DNA of 64,000 nucleotides from Alphaproteobacteria bacterium (lineage in GTDB: Bacteria; Pseudomonadota; Alphaproteobacteria; UBA828): NCBI GenBank assembly GCA_965220745.1, contig CBDCQT010000010.1:192001-256000 (forward strand). The letters run 5' to 3'. The notes beneath the pieces were generated by a model, which was given only the letters and a program-made list of their open reading frames with translations, was not told the DNA's origin and did no database searches. A program made the position numbers and the translations under genes. Shown here in pieces: positions 50,429 through 59,505 of the stretch (position 1 is the first letter of the stretch; each line of letters begins with the position of its first letter).

Positions 50429-50597
50429 CGGATCGCATGAAGGACATCCTCGACCGCTATCCCCTGCCGCCGGCCACGGTCGTGCACTCGATCTATGCCG
50501 CCTGAGCGAACCTGACATGCGAGGAACCGAGTGCGGTAATCCCGCTCGCTCGGGTCTGTGAGGGGAGGGGCTCGGTAACGACCCCTCCTACTCCGCC
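50429..50597 (+). mobile_element. Group II intron 3' remnant (maturase C-terminus, domains V and VI)
   Basis: Peptide DRMKDILDRYPLPPATVVHSIYAA* (stop 50505); DV-like GAACCGAGTGCGGTAATCCCGCTCGCTCGGGTC; DVI GAGGGGAGGGG...CCCCTCCTACTC with a bulged A. Confidence 0.82.
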
Positions 50598-50611
50598 CGC
50601 GGTGTCACGTA

Positions 50612-50624
50612 AATCAATGAGTTA
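50612..50624 (+). promoter_or_regulatory. IHF consensus site
   Basis: AATCAATGAGTTA matches WATCAANNNNTTR. Confidence 0.5.
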
Positions 50625-50951
50625 GCAGGCCCATTGGCGTCCAATCTACGCATCGATCAACAAGCGGCTACCACGAGGCTGGCGCAGGCAAGCTAGTCTC
50701 CCGCGGCCGAGGCCATCGCGAACCCGCCTTGGGGTTGCGGGATTGCAACAACACCCTGAGCCTGAGGAAAACCAAGCGATTGCACTCCCGACCTCGGTCG
50801 CACGTTCGAATCCGACAGGCATTCCAAATACCATCGTGGTAGGCTGCAAATCTGGTTTGGGAAGCTCGCTATGCTTCTTTCCGGCGTGTTGGGCCAAATG
50901 TGGGGCTGGCGAGAGTTTTTCCCAAAAGGGCATTTTACTTCTACAGGTTAC

Positions 50952-50984
50952 GGGAGGGTTCGAATCCCCGTCCCTCCTCCGCCA
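50952..50984 (+). other. Degenerate tRNA 3'-end fragment (Ser-like); att-site remnant
   Basis: GGGAGGGTTCGAATCCCCGTCCCTCCTCCGCCA: T-arm plus a GCCA end, with no D or anticodon arm upstream. Confidence 0.55.
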
Positions 50985-51071
50985 TACACCGCCGCCCCAT
51001 TTCGCCTTGCCTGCGACCGGGTGGTCTTTATCGCCGCCGGGCGCGCCGCCAAACGCTGAGAGGACGAATCG

Positions 51072-51740
51072 ATGGAACTGTACGAGGTCATGCGCACGAC
51101 CTTCGCCTGCCGCGATTTCACCGACGATCACCTGCCCGACGAGGTGATCTACGAGATGATCGAGAACGCCCGCTTCTCGCCGAGCGGGGGCAACCGCCAG
51201 GGCAACCGGGTCATCATCGTGCGCGACATGGCGACCAGGCAGCGGCTTTCCGACCTGACGATACCGGTCGCCAAGCGCTACCGCGCCCAGATCGATGCGG
51301 GCGAAAGTCCTTGGAGCGCCTGGGTTCCGACTAAGCTCACGCCCGAGCAGATCGAGGCGACTTCGGCACCGGCCATGCTGACCGAGCCGTTGATCAAGTC
51401 CTCGGTCGTGCTGGTGGTCTGCGTCGACCTCAAAGTGGTCGCCGCAACCGATCAGTATCTGGACCGCGTCGGCGTGATCAGCGGGGCCTCGATCTATCCC
51501 TTCGCCTGGAGCCTGCTGCTGGCAGCCCGACAGAACGGGTTCGGCGGCACGATCACAACCCTCCCCATCGCCCACGAGCCCGAGATCAAGACGCTGCTCA
51601 ACATCCCGGAGGATCACGCGGTCTGCGCGGTCATGCCCTTCGGGCGCCCGGTCAAGCAGCTCACCAAGCTGAGACGCCGCCCGGTGGAGGAGATCGCCAC
51701 CCGCGAGCGTTTCGACGGCGAGGTATTCACGCAGAATTGA
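51072..51740 (+). CDS. Nitroreductase family protein
   Basis: MRTTFACRDF, ARFSPSGGNRQ, LLLAARQNGFGG and RRRPVEE motifs. Confidence 0.9.
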   Translation: MELYEVMRTTFACRDFTDDHLPDEVIYEMIENARFSPSGGNRQGNRVIIVRDMATRQRLSDLTIPVAKRYRAQIDAGESPWSAWVPTKLTPEQIEATSAPAMLTEPLIKSSVVLVVCVDLKVVAATDQYLDRVGVISGASIYPFAWSLLLAARQNGFGGTITTLPIAHEPEIKTLLNIPEDHAVCAVMPFGRPVKQLTKLRRRPVEEIATRERFDGEVFTQN

Positions 51741-51781
51741 TGCGTGCCTGGGGCGTCGGCACCGCGACCAGGCTGAGACGA

Positions 51782-51815
51782 CGAGACCCCGCCAGGGTCA
51801 CCCTGCGGGGTCTCG
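51782..51815. terminator. Strong hairpin, probable terminator
   Basis: CGAGACCCCGC-CAGGGTCACCCT-GCGGGGTCTCG between the nitroreductase and the tRNA fragment. Confidence 0.5.
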
Positions 51816-51854
51816 CGCCTTTCGGCGGACCGCCTGCACCGGCGGTCTCGAAAC

Positions 51855-51876
51855 TGGCTCCCCGGGCCGGACTTGA
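51855..51876 (-). other. tRNA 3'-end fragment (Asn-like); att-site remnant
   Basis: Reverse complement TCAAGTCCGGCCCGGGGAGCCA; adjacent IHF consensus TATCAATACTTTA (51887-51899, minus strand). Confidence 0.55.
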
Positions 51877-51909
51877 GTGTGTTCAGTAAAGTATTGATAT
51901 AAAATAATT

Positions 51910-52546
51910 TGTCAATCGGCTTTGAAGATTGACTCCCTATCGGCGTGCAAAATTGACCCCCCTGAGAGGCACGGCGGAGGTTGTACCGGTAGCCAATAGG
52001 GGGGACCCGCGCGGCTTCGTGTAGCGCCCCGCGTTACGCGAAGCGAAGCCGCGTGGGGGGTGCCTGTTGGCCCACCGGGGCAACCGGTCCGCAGGGGAGG
52101 CCGCGCCGGATCAGGATCGGTTCTTGAAGCGCCAGCTCTCGTTGCCGGTCTCGATGATCTCGCAGTGGTGGGTGAGACGATCGAGCAGCGCTGTGGTCAT
52201 CTTGGGGTCGCCGAAGACGGAGGGCCACTCGCCGAAGGCGAGGTTGGTTGTGATGACGGTGGAGGTTCTCTCGTAGAGCCGGCTCATGAGGTGGAAGAGG
52301 AGCTGCCCGCCGGCCTGTGCGAAGGGCAGGTAGCCGAGCTCGTCGAGGATGACGAAGTCGCGGCGGACGAGCTGCTCTGCGGTGCGTCCCTGGCGTCCGG
52401 CGCGGAGTTCGGCCTCGAGGTGGTTGACCAGGTCGACAACGTTGTAGCACCGGCCTCGGGCGCCCTTGCGGATGCAGGAGCGCGCGACGGCGACGGCGAG
52501 ATGGGTCTTGCCGGTGCCGGTGCCGCCGACCAGCACGATGTTGCGC
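51910..52546 (-). mobile_element. istB: IS21-family right end with truncated istB (52111-52546)
   Basis: TGTCAATCGGC...ATTGACTCCC-TATCGGCG...AATTGACCCC repeated terminus; [20 protein letters not shown] and LLDRLTHH motifs. Confidence 0.9.
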
Positions 52547-53160
52547 TAGAGCAGGTTCCGATCATACGCGGTCATATCCTGCAGCAGCGAAGTAGTTTTG
52601 GCATTCGGCGGGTGTGAAGTTGTCTGTGGCTTCGCCGATGGCGTCCCAGAGTTCCGGGACGGTGCGGGCGGCGCGTCGCTTGAGGTAGGCCTTGAACTTG
52701 GAGAAGGCCATCTCGATCGGGTTGAGGTCGGGGCTGTAGGGCGGCAGGAAGTGGAGCTCGGCCCCGGCCTGGTGAATGGCGTCGCGGACAGCGCTGCTGC
52801 GGTGGCAGGCAAGGTTGTCCATCACCACGATGTCGCCGGGCTTGAGCGTGGGCACCAGCACTTGGTCTACGTAGGCGAGGAAGGCGGCGCCATGCATGGC
52901 GCCGTCGAGCACCATGGGAGCGGTCATCCCGCTCAGCCTGAGGGCACCGACGAAGGTTGTGGTCTTCCAGTGGCCATGGGGCACAGGGGCGCGGCACCTC
53001 TGTCCGCGCGGAGCCCGGCCCGAGCGTCTCGCCATCTTGGTGGACGCGCCTGTTTCATCGACGAAGACGAGCTTCTCAGGGTCGAGATCGGGCTGGGCTT
53101 CGACCCAGGCGCGCCTGCGCCTGAGCACGTCAGCGCGTTGCTGCTCGCTGGCGTGTGCCG
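52547..53160 (-). mobile_element. IS630-family element, 3' part (DDE domain 52562-53160), abutting istB at a TA
   Basis: HASEQ, VFVDETG, VVMDNL and [12 protein letters not shown] motifs; end TAGAGCAGGTTCCGATCA; N-terminal HTH part absent. Confidence 0.9.
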
Positions 53161-53357
53161 GCGGCGCCGCGCTTCCCGGCGATCCGGACGATCAGGTGGC
53201 GGCTCTGGCTCGGGGGGTGACGCGCCTTGAGGACGAGCCCCGGCCCCCTCTGCTGGCACGGTTCCTGGTGTCCGGTGGTGGTGCGGCGGCCTTGACGGCG
53301 GCGGAAGGGTCGGGGCGGGAAACGTGAGCCCGGCGGCAACGGAAGTGGAGGCTGGCG

Positions 53358-53573
53358 ATGATGACCGAGACTCTGGCGCGCGAGCTGCTGCGTCGCGAGG
53401 AGGTGGAGGAGCGGTTCGGCGTATCGCGCAGTTGGATCTATTGCGAGATGCGGGCCGGACGGTTCCTGGAACCGGTGAGGATCAGCAAGCGCGCGGTGAG
53501 ATGGCGCGTGTCGGACCTCGACGAGTGGGCCGCAAGCAGGCCGGTGGCGCACGGTGAGGTCGGGCACCGATGA
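53358..53573 (+). CDS. AlpA family phage/island regulator (excisionase-like)
   Basis: LLRREEVEERFGVSRSWIY..MRAGRF..PV.I..RAVRWRVSDLDEW. Confidence 0.87.
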   Translation: MMTETLARELLRREEVEERFGVSRSWIYCEMRAGRFLEPVRISKRAVRWRVSDLDEWAASRPVAHGEVGHR

Positions 53574-53938
53574 ACAGGCCGGCGCCAAATTCGTGGGCGA
53601 AACCGTCGTCTTTCCTTGTCACCAATCCAAGGTAGGGCCGTTGAGCGGACCGAATCGAAGAGGTTGGTACCGTTGATGCGCGCGCCGGGCACCGCCGCGA
53701 CATCGTGATATAGTGCGGGGGCACCCAGGGAGTTCGGCATGTTCTGATCGGCGGTGTTGGGCAGCATGTGGGGCCGGCAAGATGGCGGGCCAAAAAACGA
53801 GGCGAATACAACGGGATACAGGAGCTGCCGAGTCCCACCCCCTTGCTGCGCCCATGCGACAAAGTCTTCCGCGTCGTGCCGAGAGAGAACGGGACGGCCG
53901 GCATTGCGTTCTGCAGCAACGAGACAGTCGGACGGCGC

Positions 53939-54952
53939 CTACGGCTCGATCCAGTCTTCCGCCGCGTGCACGAAATTCTGCTTCATGTACCAGGCAAGGT
54001 AGTCGCCCGAACTGATGGGAGGCTCCTTTGGGGGATTCCGGGCGTCCATACACGTTGGCAGGCACTCGACGACGAAATCGGAATTCGGATGTATGAACAG
54101 CGGGATCGAGTAACGATCGCGGCCCGACCGGTTGATCACCCGGTGCGGCGTGGACATGAAGCGCCCGTTGGTCCAGCGCTTCAACAAGTCGCCGGAGTTG
54201 AACAGGAACGAATCCGGAATAGGCGGCGCGGGGAACCACTCCTCGGACGGCCCCAGCAGCTCGAGGCCGGGGACTTCCGTGGTCGGTAGCATGGTCACGA
54301 ACGTGCTGTCGGTATGGGGCGCAAGATGGAATTGGTTCGTTTCGAGCCGGTCATTGGCGCGGAAGTGCGAGACCCGCAACATCGAGAGCGCCTCGTACAC
54401 GCCGAATGCCGGACTGAAATAGTGCGAAGGAAGATCGAGACTGGCCGCGAATATCGGCAGCATCCGGCGGAAGAGCGCCTCCGCGGTCTCGAAATATTCG
54501 ACTAATATCTCTCTAAATCCAGGCAAATTGCCCGGCCACTGATTCTTGACGTCGAGCGGCCTTGGTGCCCGGTCGCGCAGCATGAAAAAAGCCTCGGCAA
54601 CGTCGGGCTTTATCGTGCCCGTATAATGTTCCGAGGTGCGCGAAGCTTCGCCGCCGAAGCTCATGAATCCGACGTGATTTTCGTCGATCGGGATCCTGTT
54701 TTTCTCCTCGGCGGGGAGTGAATGAAACCGCGCCGTTTCGGCGAACGTACGGTCGATCAGCACCTTGGGAACGTCATGATTGACGACGTAGAAGAAGCCG
54801 ATCTCCGCAAGCGCTTCACGGAGTTCGCGGCCGAGGCGCTCGCGTGCGCCCCGCTCTCCCGCGAGGTAGCCCGCCAGGTCGAGCACCGGGATGTCGCAGC
54901 CGGTCGCGGGGTCTCTCCATCTGCGGGAGGCTGCTCCAGGTGGGTCGCCCAT
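53939..54952 (-). CDS. Isopenicillin N synthase-family 2OG-Fe(II) oxygenase
   Basis: IPVLDL, IGFFYVVNH, HTD, WTNGRFMSTPHRV and RYS motifs. Confidence 0.92.
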   Translation of the reverse strand: MGDPPGAASRRWRDPATGCDIPVLDLAGYLAGERGARERLGRELREALAEIGFFYVVNHDVPKVLIDRTFAETARFHSLPAEEKNRIPIDENHVGFMSFGGEASRTSEHYTGTIKPDVAEAFFMLRDRAPRPLDVKNQWPGNLPGFREILVEYFETAEALFRRMLPIFAASLDLPSHYFSPAFGVYEALSMLRVSHFRANDRLETNQFHLAPHTDSTFVTMLPTTEVPGLELLGPSEEWFPAPPIPDSFLFNSGDLLKRWTNGRFMSTPHRVINRSGRDRYSIPLFIHPNSDFVVECLPTCMDARNPPKEPPISSGDYLAWYMKQNFVHAAEDWIEP

Positions 54953-55111
54953 CGTTCCGCGCCGGTTCGTCCAAACGCGGGCCGCGCGGCCGCCGGCGCC
55001 TCGATAGCTTGGCCGGTATGGCGCGGCCCAGGCAATGTTGATAGCATAAAGTCCATACAGAGGGCGACGAATAAGCAGCCAGAACTGTCGCCGGCCAGGG
55101 GAGGAACAGCC

Positions 55112-56227
55112 ATGCTGCGGAGAATCAGAGCGATTGACCGCCTAACTTCGGGACGCATGAGTCGGCGGGAGTTTCAGAAGGCACTGGGTTTATTCGGCCT
55201 GAGCCTGGTCGCGTATCCGGTCGTTACACGGCCCGTACGTGCAGCGGATAATCTGTTGGTGTTCGGCTGGGCCGGTTTTGACGATCCGGCGCTTTTTCCC
55301 GGCTACGAGGAAAAACACGGCAGTCCGGACCATGCCTTCTTCAGCGATGAGCAGGAAGGTATCCAGAAGCTCAAGGCCGGCTTTGGGGCGGACATCGTTC
55401 GACCCTGTATCGATGTGATGCAGCAATGGATGACGGCTGATCTCAAGCCGATCGACGAATCGAAGCTGCTCTATCTCGACGAGCAATTCGAGTCCATTCG
55501 CGCGCCCGCGCCGGCCTATCACGACGGCCAGAGGTTCTTCGTCTCACTCTATTGGGGCTTCACGTCGTTCATCTACCGCACCGACATGACAGACATCACG
55601 CCGGAAGAGGAATCCTGGTCGCTTCTCTTCGATGATCGTTTCGCGGGGCGAATCGCGGTTTGGGACAGCACCGACTGCGTGATCCCGCACACCTCGCTGG
55701 CGCTCGGTCATTTGGACGATCCGTTTCGCCCGGATGGTGAGCGACTGGATCAGGTTGCCGACATGATACGCAAGCAGCGCAATCTGGCCCGGCTCTACTA
55801 CCCGGACGTGACGACGGGCGTGCAGGCGATCGCCTCCGGCGAAGTGGTGATCAGCTACGCCTGGTCCGAGTTCCTGCAACCGCTCCGGGACGAGGGAATT
55901 CCGTTCCGCTGGGCGAAGCCCAAGGAAGGCTTGATCAGCTACAATTGCGGCCTAGCGCTCCGAGACGGCAACGCCAGCGAAGAGGCGCAGTACGATTTCG
56001 TCAACGCGTCGATGTCGGCGGATGCAGGGAAGTTCCTGATTGAGGTCTTCAACCTCGGCGCGGCCAACCAGAAGAGCTTCGATATGGTCGACCCCTCGCT
56101 GATCAAGGAGATCGAGCTGACGTCGCCGGAGGAATCGCTTGCCGGCTCGCATCCCTTCGTCTACGTGCCGATCGAATTGAAGAGCAAGCACATCGAGCTT
56201 TTCGAGAGCATCAAGGCTGGCGCTTGA
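55112..56227 (+). CDS. Polyamine-type ABC substrate-binding protein (PotD/PotF-like) with Tat-like leader
   Basis: SRREFQK leader; YWGFTSFIYRTD, SWSLLFD, IASGEV and PKEG motifs; RBS GGAGG. Confidence 0.85.
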   Translation: MLRRIRAIDRLTSGRMSRREFQKALGLFGLSLVAYPVVTRPVRAADNLLVFGWAGFDDPALFPGYEEKHGSPDHAFFSDEQEGIQKLKAGFGADIVRPCIDVMQQWMTADLKPIDESKLLYLDEQFESIRAPAPAYHDGQRFFVSLYWGFTSFIYRTDMTDITPEEESWSLLFDDRFAGRIAVWDSTDCVIPHTSLALGHLDDPFRPDGERLDQVADMIRKQRNLARLYYPDVTTGVQAIASGEVVISYAWSEFLQPLRDEGIPFRWAKPKEGLISYNCGLALRDGNASEEAQYDFVNASMSADAGKFLIEVFNLGAANQKSFDMVDPSLIKEIELTSPEESLAGSHPFVYVPIELKSKHIELFESIKAGA

Positions 56228-56313
56228 GGCCTGATCACGACTGATCGAGGCAGCCGACAAGCGGAGCGACCGTCGCCTCTCCCTCCGGGGCGGTCGCGGT
56301 CCGGTTTACGCGC

Positions 56314-57426
56314 CTATTGCGGCCCCTCGTCCGCCGGCAGCAGGATCACGGCATCGCGCGACCAGGTGAGCCAGACGCGGTCAGCGGAGGGGGTCGCGGC
56401 GCCCAGCATCGGCTGCATGTTCTGTGTCGCGACCGCGATCGGCTCGTCGCGGCTGGCGATACGGACATGAAAATGGCTGCGGTCGCCGAGGTAGGCCGCC
56501 GCTTCGATATCGCCGCACGCCATGTTCGCGTGTTGGTCAGGCGCCTCGTTCGATACGCGAATCTTCTCCGGCCGGACGGCGACGGTGACATCGCCCCCGT
56601 CCTTGAGCGCAAACTCGGGCCGCCACGCCTCGACAATGCCCACCGGCCCGGCATCGACCGTGACGAAGTTGGGCCCGGCTGCCCTGACAATGCCGGGGAA
56701 GAGGTTGATCGTGCCGATGAAGTCGGCCACCACGCGGGACGACGGCCGCTCATAGAGGCGCGTCGGCGTATCGACCTGCAGCACGCGGCCCTCCGCCATC
56801 ACGGCAATGCGGTCGGAGATGGATAGCGCCTCCTCCTGATCGTGCGTGACGAACACGAACGTGATGCCGACTTTCCTCTGCAGGGCGCGAAGCTCGATCT
56901 GCATCTGCGCGCGAAGCTTCTTGTCCAGCGCGCCCAGGGGCTCGTCGAGCAGCAGGACCAGGGGGCGGCGCACGAGCGCGCGTGCGAGGGCGACGCGCTG
57001 GCGCTGCCCACCGGAGAGCTGATGCGCGTGGCGGTTCTCGAACCCCTGCAACTTGATGAGGGAGAGCGCCGCATCGACCCGCCGATCGCGCTCCGCACGC
57101 GAGAGCTTCAGCCGGCGCAAGCCGTAGGCGATGTTGTCGCGCACGTCGAGGTGCGGAAAGATCGCATAGTTCTGGAACACCATGTTGACCGGCCGGCGGT
57201 TGGGCGGAACGGCGGACATGGGCTGGCCGTCGAGCAAGATCTCGCCCGCGCTCGGCGTCTCGAAGCCCGCGATCATGCGCAGCAGCGTCGTCTTGCCGCA
57301 CCCGGAGGGCCCGAGCAGCGCGAAGAACTCCCCCTGCCCGATCTCGAGATCGACCGAGTCCACAGCACGAACGCTCCCGAACCGCTTCGACAGATCGCGA
57401 AGCGCAATGAAGTCGGCGCGGCTCAT
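56314..57426 (-). CDS. Polyamine-type ABC ATPase (PotA-like)
   Basis: GPSGCGKT, LSGGQ, LLLDEPL and VTHDQEEA motifs; TOBE domain. Confidence 0.93.
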   Translation of the reverse strand: MSRADFIALRDLSKRFGSVRAVDSVDLEIGQGEFFALLGPSGCGKTTLLRMIAGFETPSAGEILLDGQPMSAVPPNRRPVNMVFQNYAIFPHLDVRDNIAYGLRRLKLSRAERDRRVDAALSLIKLQGFENRHAHQLSGGQRQRVALARALVRRPLVLLLDEPLGALDKKLRAQMQIELRALQRKVGITFVFVTHDQEEALSISDRIAVMAEGRVLQVDTPTRLYERPSSRVVADFIGTINLFPGIVRAAGPNFVTVDAGPVGIVEAWRPEFALKDGGDVTVAVRPEKIRVSNEAPDQHANMACGDIEAAAYLGDRSHFHVRIASRDEPIAVATQNMQPMLGAATPSADRVWLTWSRDAVILLPADEGPQ

Positions 57427-58253
57427 CGGACGACCACGGAGTCCGCCTCCAACCCCGGGCGCAGCCCGCGCCGGCGGATCCATTCGGCGAGGACGATCAG
57501 GAGACCCGAGGCGAGCAGGATGCAGGCGCCGAGCGCCAGGACGTTGGGGAGCTTCTTGGGAAAGCGCAGCTGGCTCCAGATGTAGATCGGCAGCGTGGGG
57601 TCCTTACCCGCCAGGAAGAAGGCGATGACGAACTCGTCGAACGACCACGTGAACGTGAGCAGAAGGCTGGCGACGATACCCGGGTACGCGAGCGGAAAGG
57701 TCACGCGCCAGAAGGTCGTCCACCCGCTTTCGCCGAGATCGAGAGACGCCTCCTCGAGATGCTTCTCGAAGCCCTCCAGGCGCGAAATCATGACGAGCAT
57801 CGAGAAGGGAAGGGTGATCAGCACGTGACCGGCGCCGATGGTGACGAGCGAAAGCGGGACGCCAAGGGAATTGGCCAGGATGAGGAGTGAGATGCCGAGG
57901 ATGATTCCCGGTATGACGAAGGGGACCAGCACGAAGCCGATGATCGCGCCCCGCCCCGCCAGTCGATAGCGGGTCAGCGCTCGCGCCGCCAATGTGCCGA
58001 GCACAGTGCTGGCGACGGCGACGCAGACGCCGACCGTCAGGCTGTTCAGCAGCGAGTCGATCAGCGCCCCCTGCGCCGCCATGCTCTCGTACCATTTAAC
58101 CGTGAAGCCCTTTAGCGGGAACGCGACGTAGATGGAGTCGTTGAACGAGAAGAGCGGCAGGAACAGCACCGGGACGTAGAGAAACGCGAGATAAACGACC
58201 GCGTATATCAGCAGGGAATCAAAGCGCCGGCCTTTGACCAGATACCCCTTCAT
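57423..58253 (-). CDS. Polyamine-type ABC permease (PotC-like)
   Basis: FLYVP...FSFN, LEEASLDLG, SFDEF and TLPIYIW motifs. Confidence 0.9.
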   Translation of the reverse strand: MKGYLVKGRRFDSLLIYAVVYLAFLYVPVLFLPLFSFNDSIYVAFPLKGFTVKWYESMAAQGALIDSLLNSLTVGVCVAVASTVLGTLAARALTRYRLAGRGAIIGFVLVPFVIPGIILGISLLILANSLGVPLSLVTIGAGHVLITLPFSMLVMISRLEGFEKHLEEASLDLGESGWTTFWRVTFPLAYPGIVASLLLTFTWSFDEFVIAFFLAGKDPTLPIYIWSQLRFPKKLPNVLALGACILLASGLLIVLAEWIRRRGLRPGLEADSVVVR

Positions 58254-59179
58254 GCGACGCGCCGTGTCATCTTGCGTGCGAACCAGGCGATGACGATCAC
58301 GGAAAGGCCGATCGTAATCATCGAACTCACGGCCATCGCCGCGCCGGACGGCCAGTTGTTGGCAGGCCCAAACATGACCTGAATGATATTGCCGATCATG
58401 AGGCCCGTGGTCCCGCCGACGAGTTTCGGCGTGACGTAGTCGCCCACGGTGGGAATGAAAACCAGGAGCGCCGCCGCGATGACGCCGGGCATCGACAGCG
58501 GCAGGGTGACGCGGAGGAAGCGGGCCAGCGGGCCGTCGCCGAGATCGGTCGCGGCTTCCAGCAGCGAGCGGTCGATCTTCGCGAGCGACACGTAGATGGG
58601 AAGGATGGCGAACGCCGCCCACGCGTGCGCCAGCGTTATGACCACGGCGATCGGGTTGTAGAGCAGAAAGCCGAGCGGCTCGTCGATCACGCCGATCGAG
58701 GTGAGCCCTGAGTTGATGACGCCGTTGTAGCCGAGGACGATCTTCCAGGCGAAAACGCGCAGCAGGTAGCTCGTCCAGAACGGCACGGTAATCAGGACCA
58801 ACCACAGGATCTTCGCCTGCTTGACGCGAAACGCGACGAAATACGCCATCGGGTAAGCGAGCCCCACCGCCGCGGCGGCCACGCAAAGCGAGATCAGGAG
58901 GGACTTGCCGAGAAGCAGCGGATAGGCAGGGTGAATGAAAAAGTTCGTGTAGTTGTCCGTGGTGGCAATCGCCTCGTATCCGCCGCCTGTCTTCGTCCAG
59001 AAGCTGTAGACGATGACGATCCCGAGGGGCACGGCGAGCAGCAAAAGCATGATCGCGAGCGTCGGCGACAAGAGGACGAAACCGCGCAGTTGCTCGCTGC
59101 GCAGAAAATACCCACCGATCCGAGTTGCCAGCCGATCGAGCGCTCCTCGCCCATTGGGCAGGGGTTGCACGCTAGTCAA
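58250..59179 (-). CDS. Polyamine-type ABC permease (PotB-like)
   Basis: PFWTSYLLRVFAW, LLEAATDLG and GDYVTPKLVGG motifs; start uncertain. Confidence 0.9.
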   Translation of the reverse strand: MTSVQPLPNGRGALDRLATRIGGYFLRSEQLRGFVLLSPTLAIMLLLLAVPLGIVIVYSFWTKTGGGYEAIATTDNYTNFFIHPAYPLLLGKSLLISLCVAAAAVGLAYPMAYFVAFRVKQAKILWLVLITVPFWTSYLLRVFAWKIVLGYNGVINSGLTSIGVIDEPLGFLLYNPIAVVITLAHAWAAFAILPIYVSLAKIDRSLLEAATDLGDGPLARFLRVTLPLSMPGVIAAALLVFIPTVGDYVTPKLVGGTTGLMIGNIIQVMFGPANNWPSGAAMAVSSMITIGLSVIVIAWFARKMTRRVA

Positions 59180-59505
59180 AGGCGCGCGACTCCCTTCCTA
59201 TCCCGGAACACGTCGCCCTCTCCCGAGTGCCGGTCGGCGGACGCGGCGAATCCCCCTGCAAGAGCGGGCCGGTGGGAGCCCGACGAAGCGTGGTCTCACG
59301 GAAAGACATCACATCCGCGATCATACGCCTGTGCGGGCGACAATCACGCACGTTCGAGGCGTCTCAAGCGTCCGCGCGCCGCGCACCGCGTGCGCGGCCT
59401 CGTTGACCTCAGCATCCGCATTCTTCGCGAGGACCACGGAATGAGGCGCTTGCCGCGGGGGTGTGCGACCATGGGACCGAACGATGATCGTTTCGGGAGC
59501 CGGCG

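Noticed and set aside
50790-50990. Complete tRNA gene
   Set aside because: Only T-arm/acceptor-like fragments; no cloverleaf can be built
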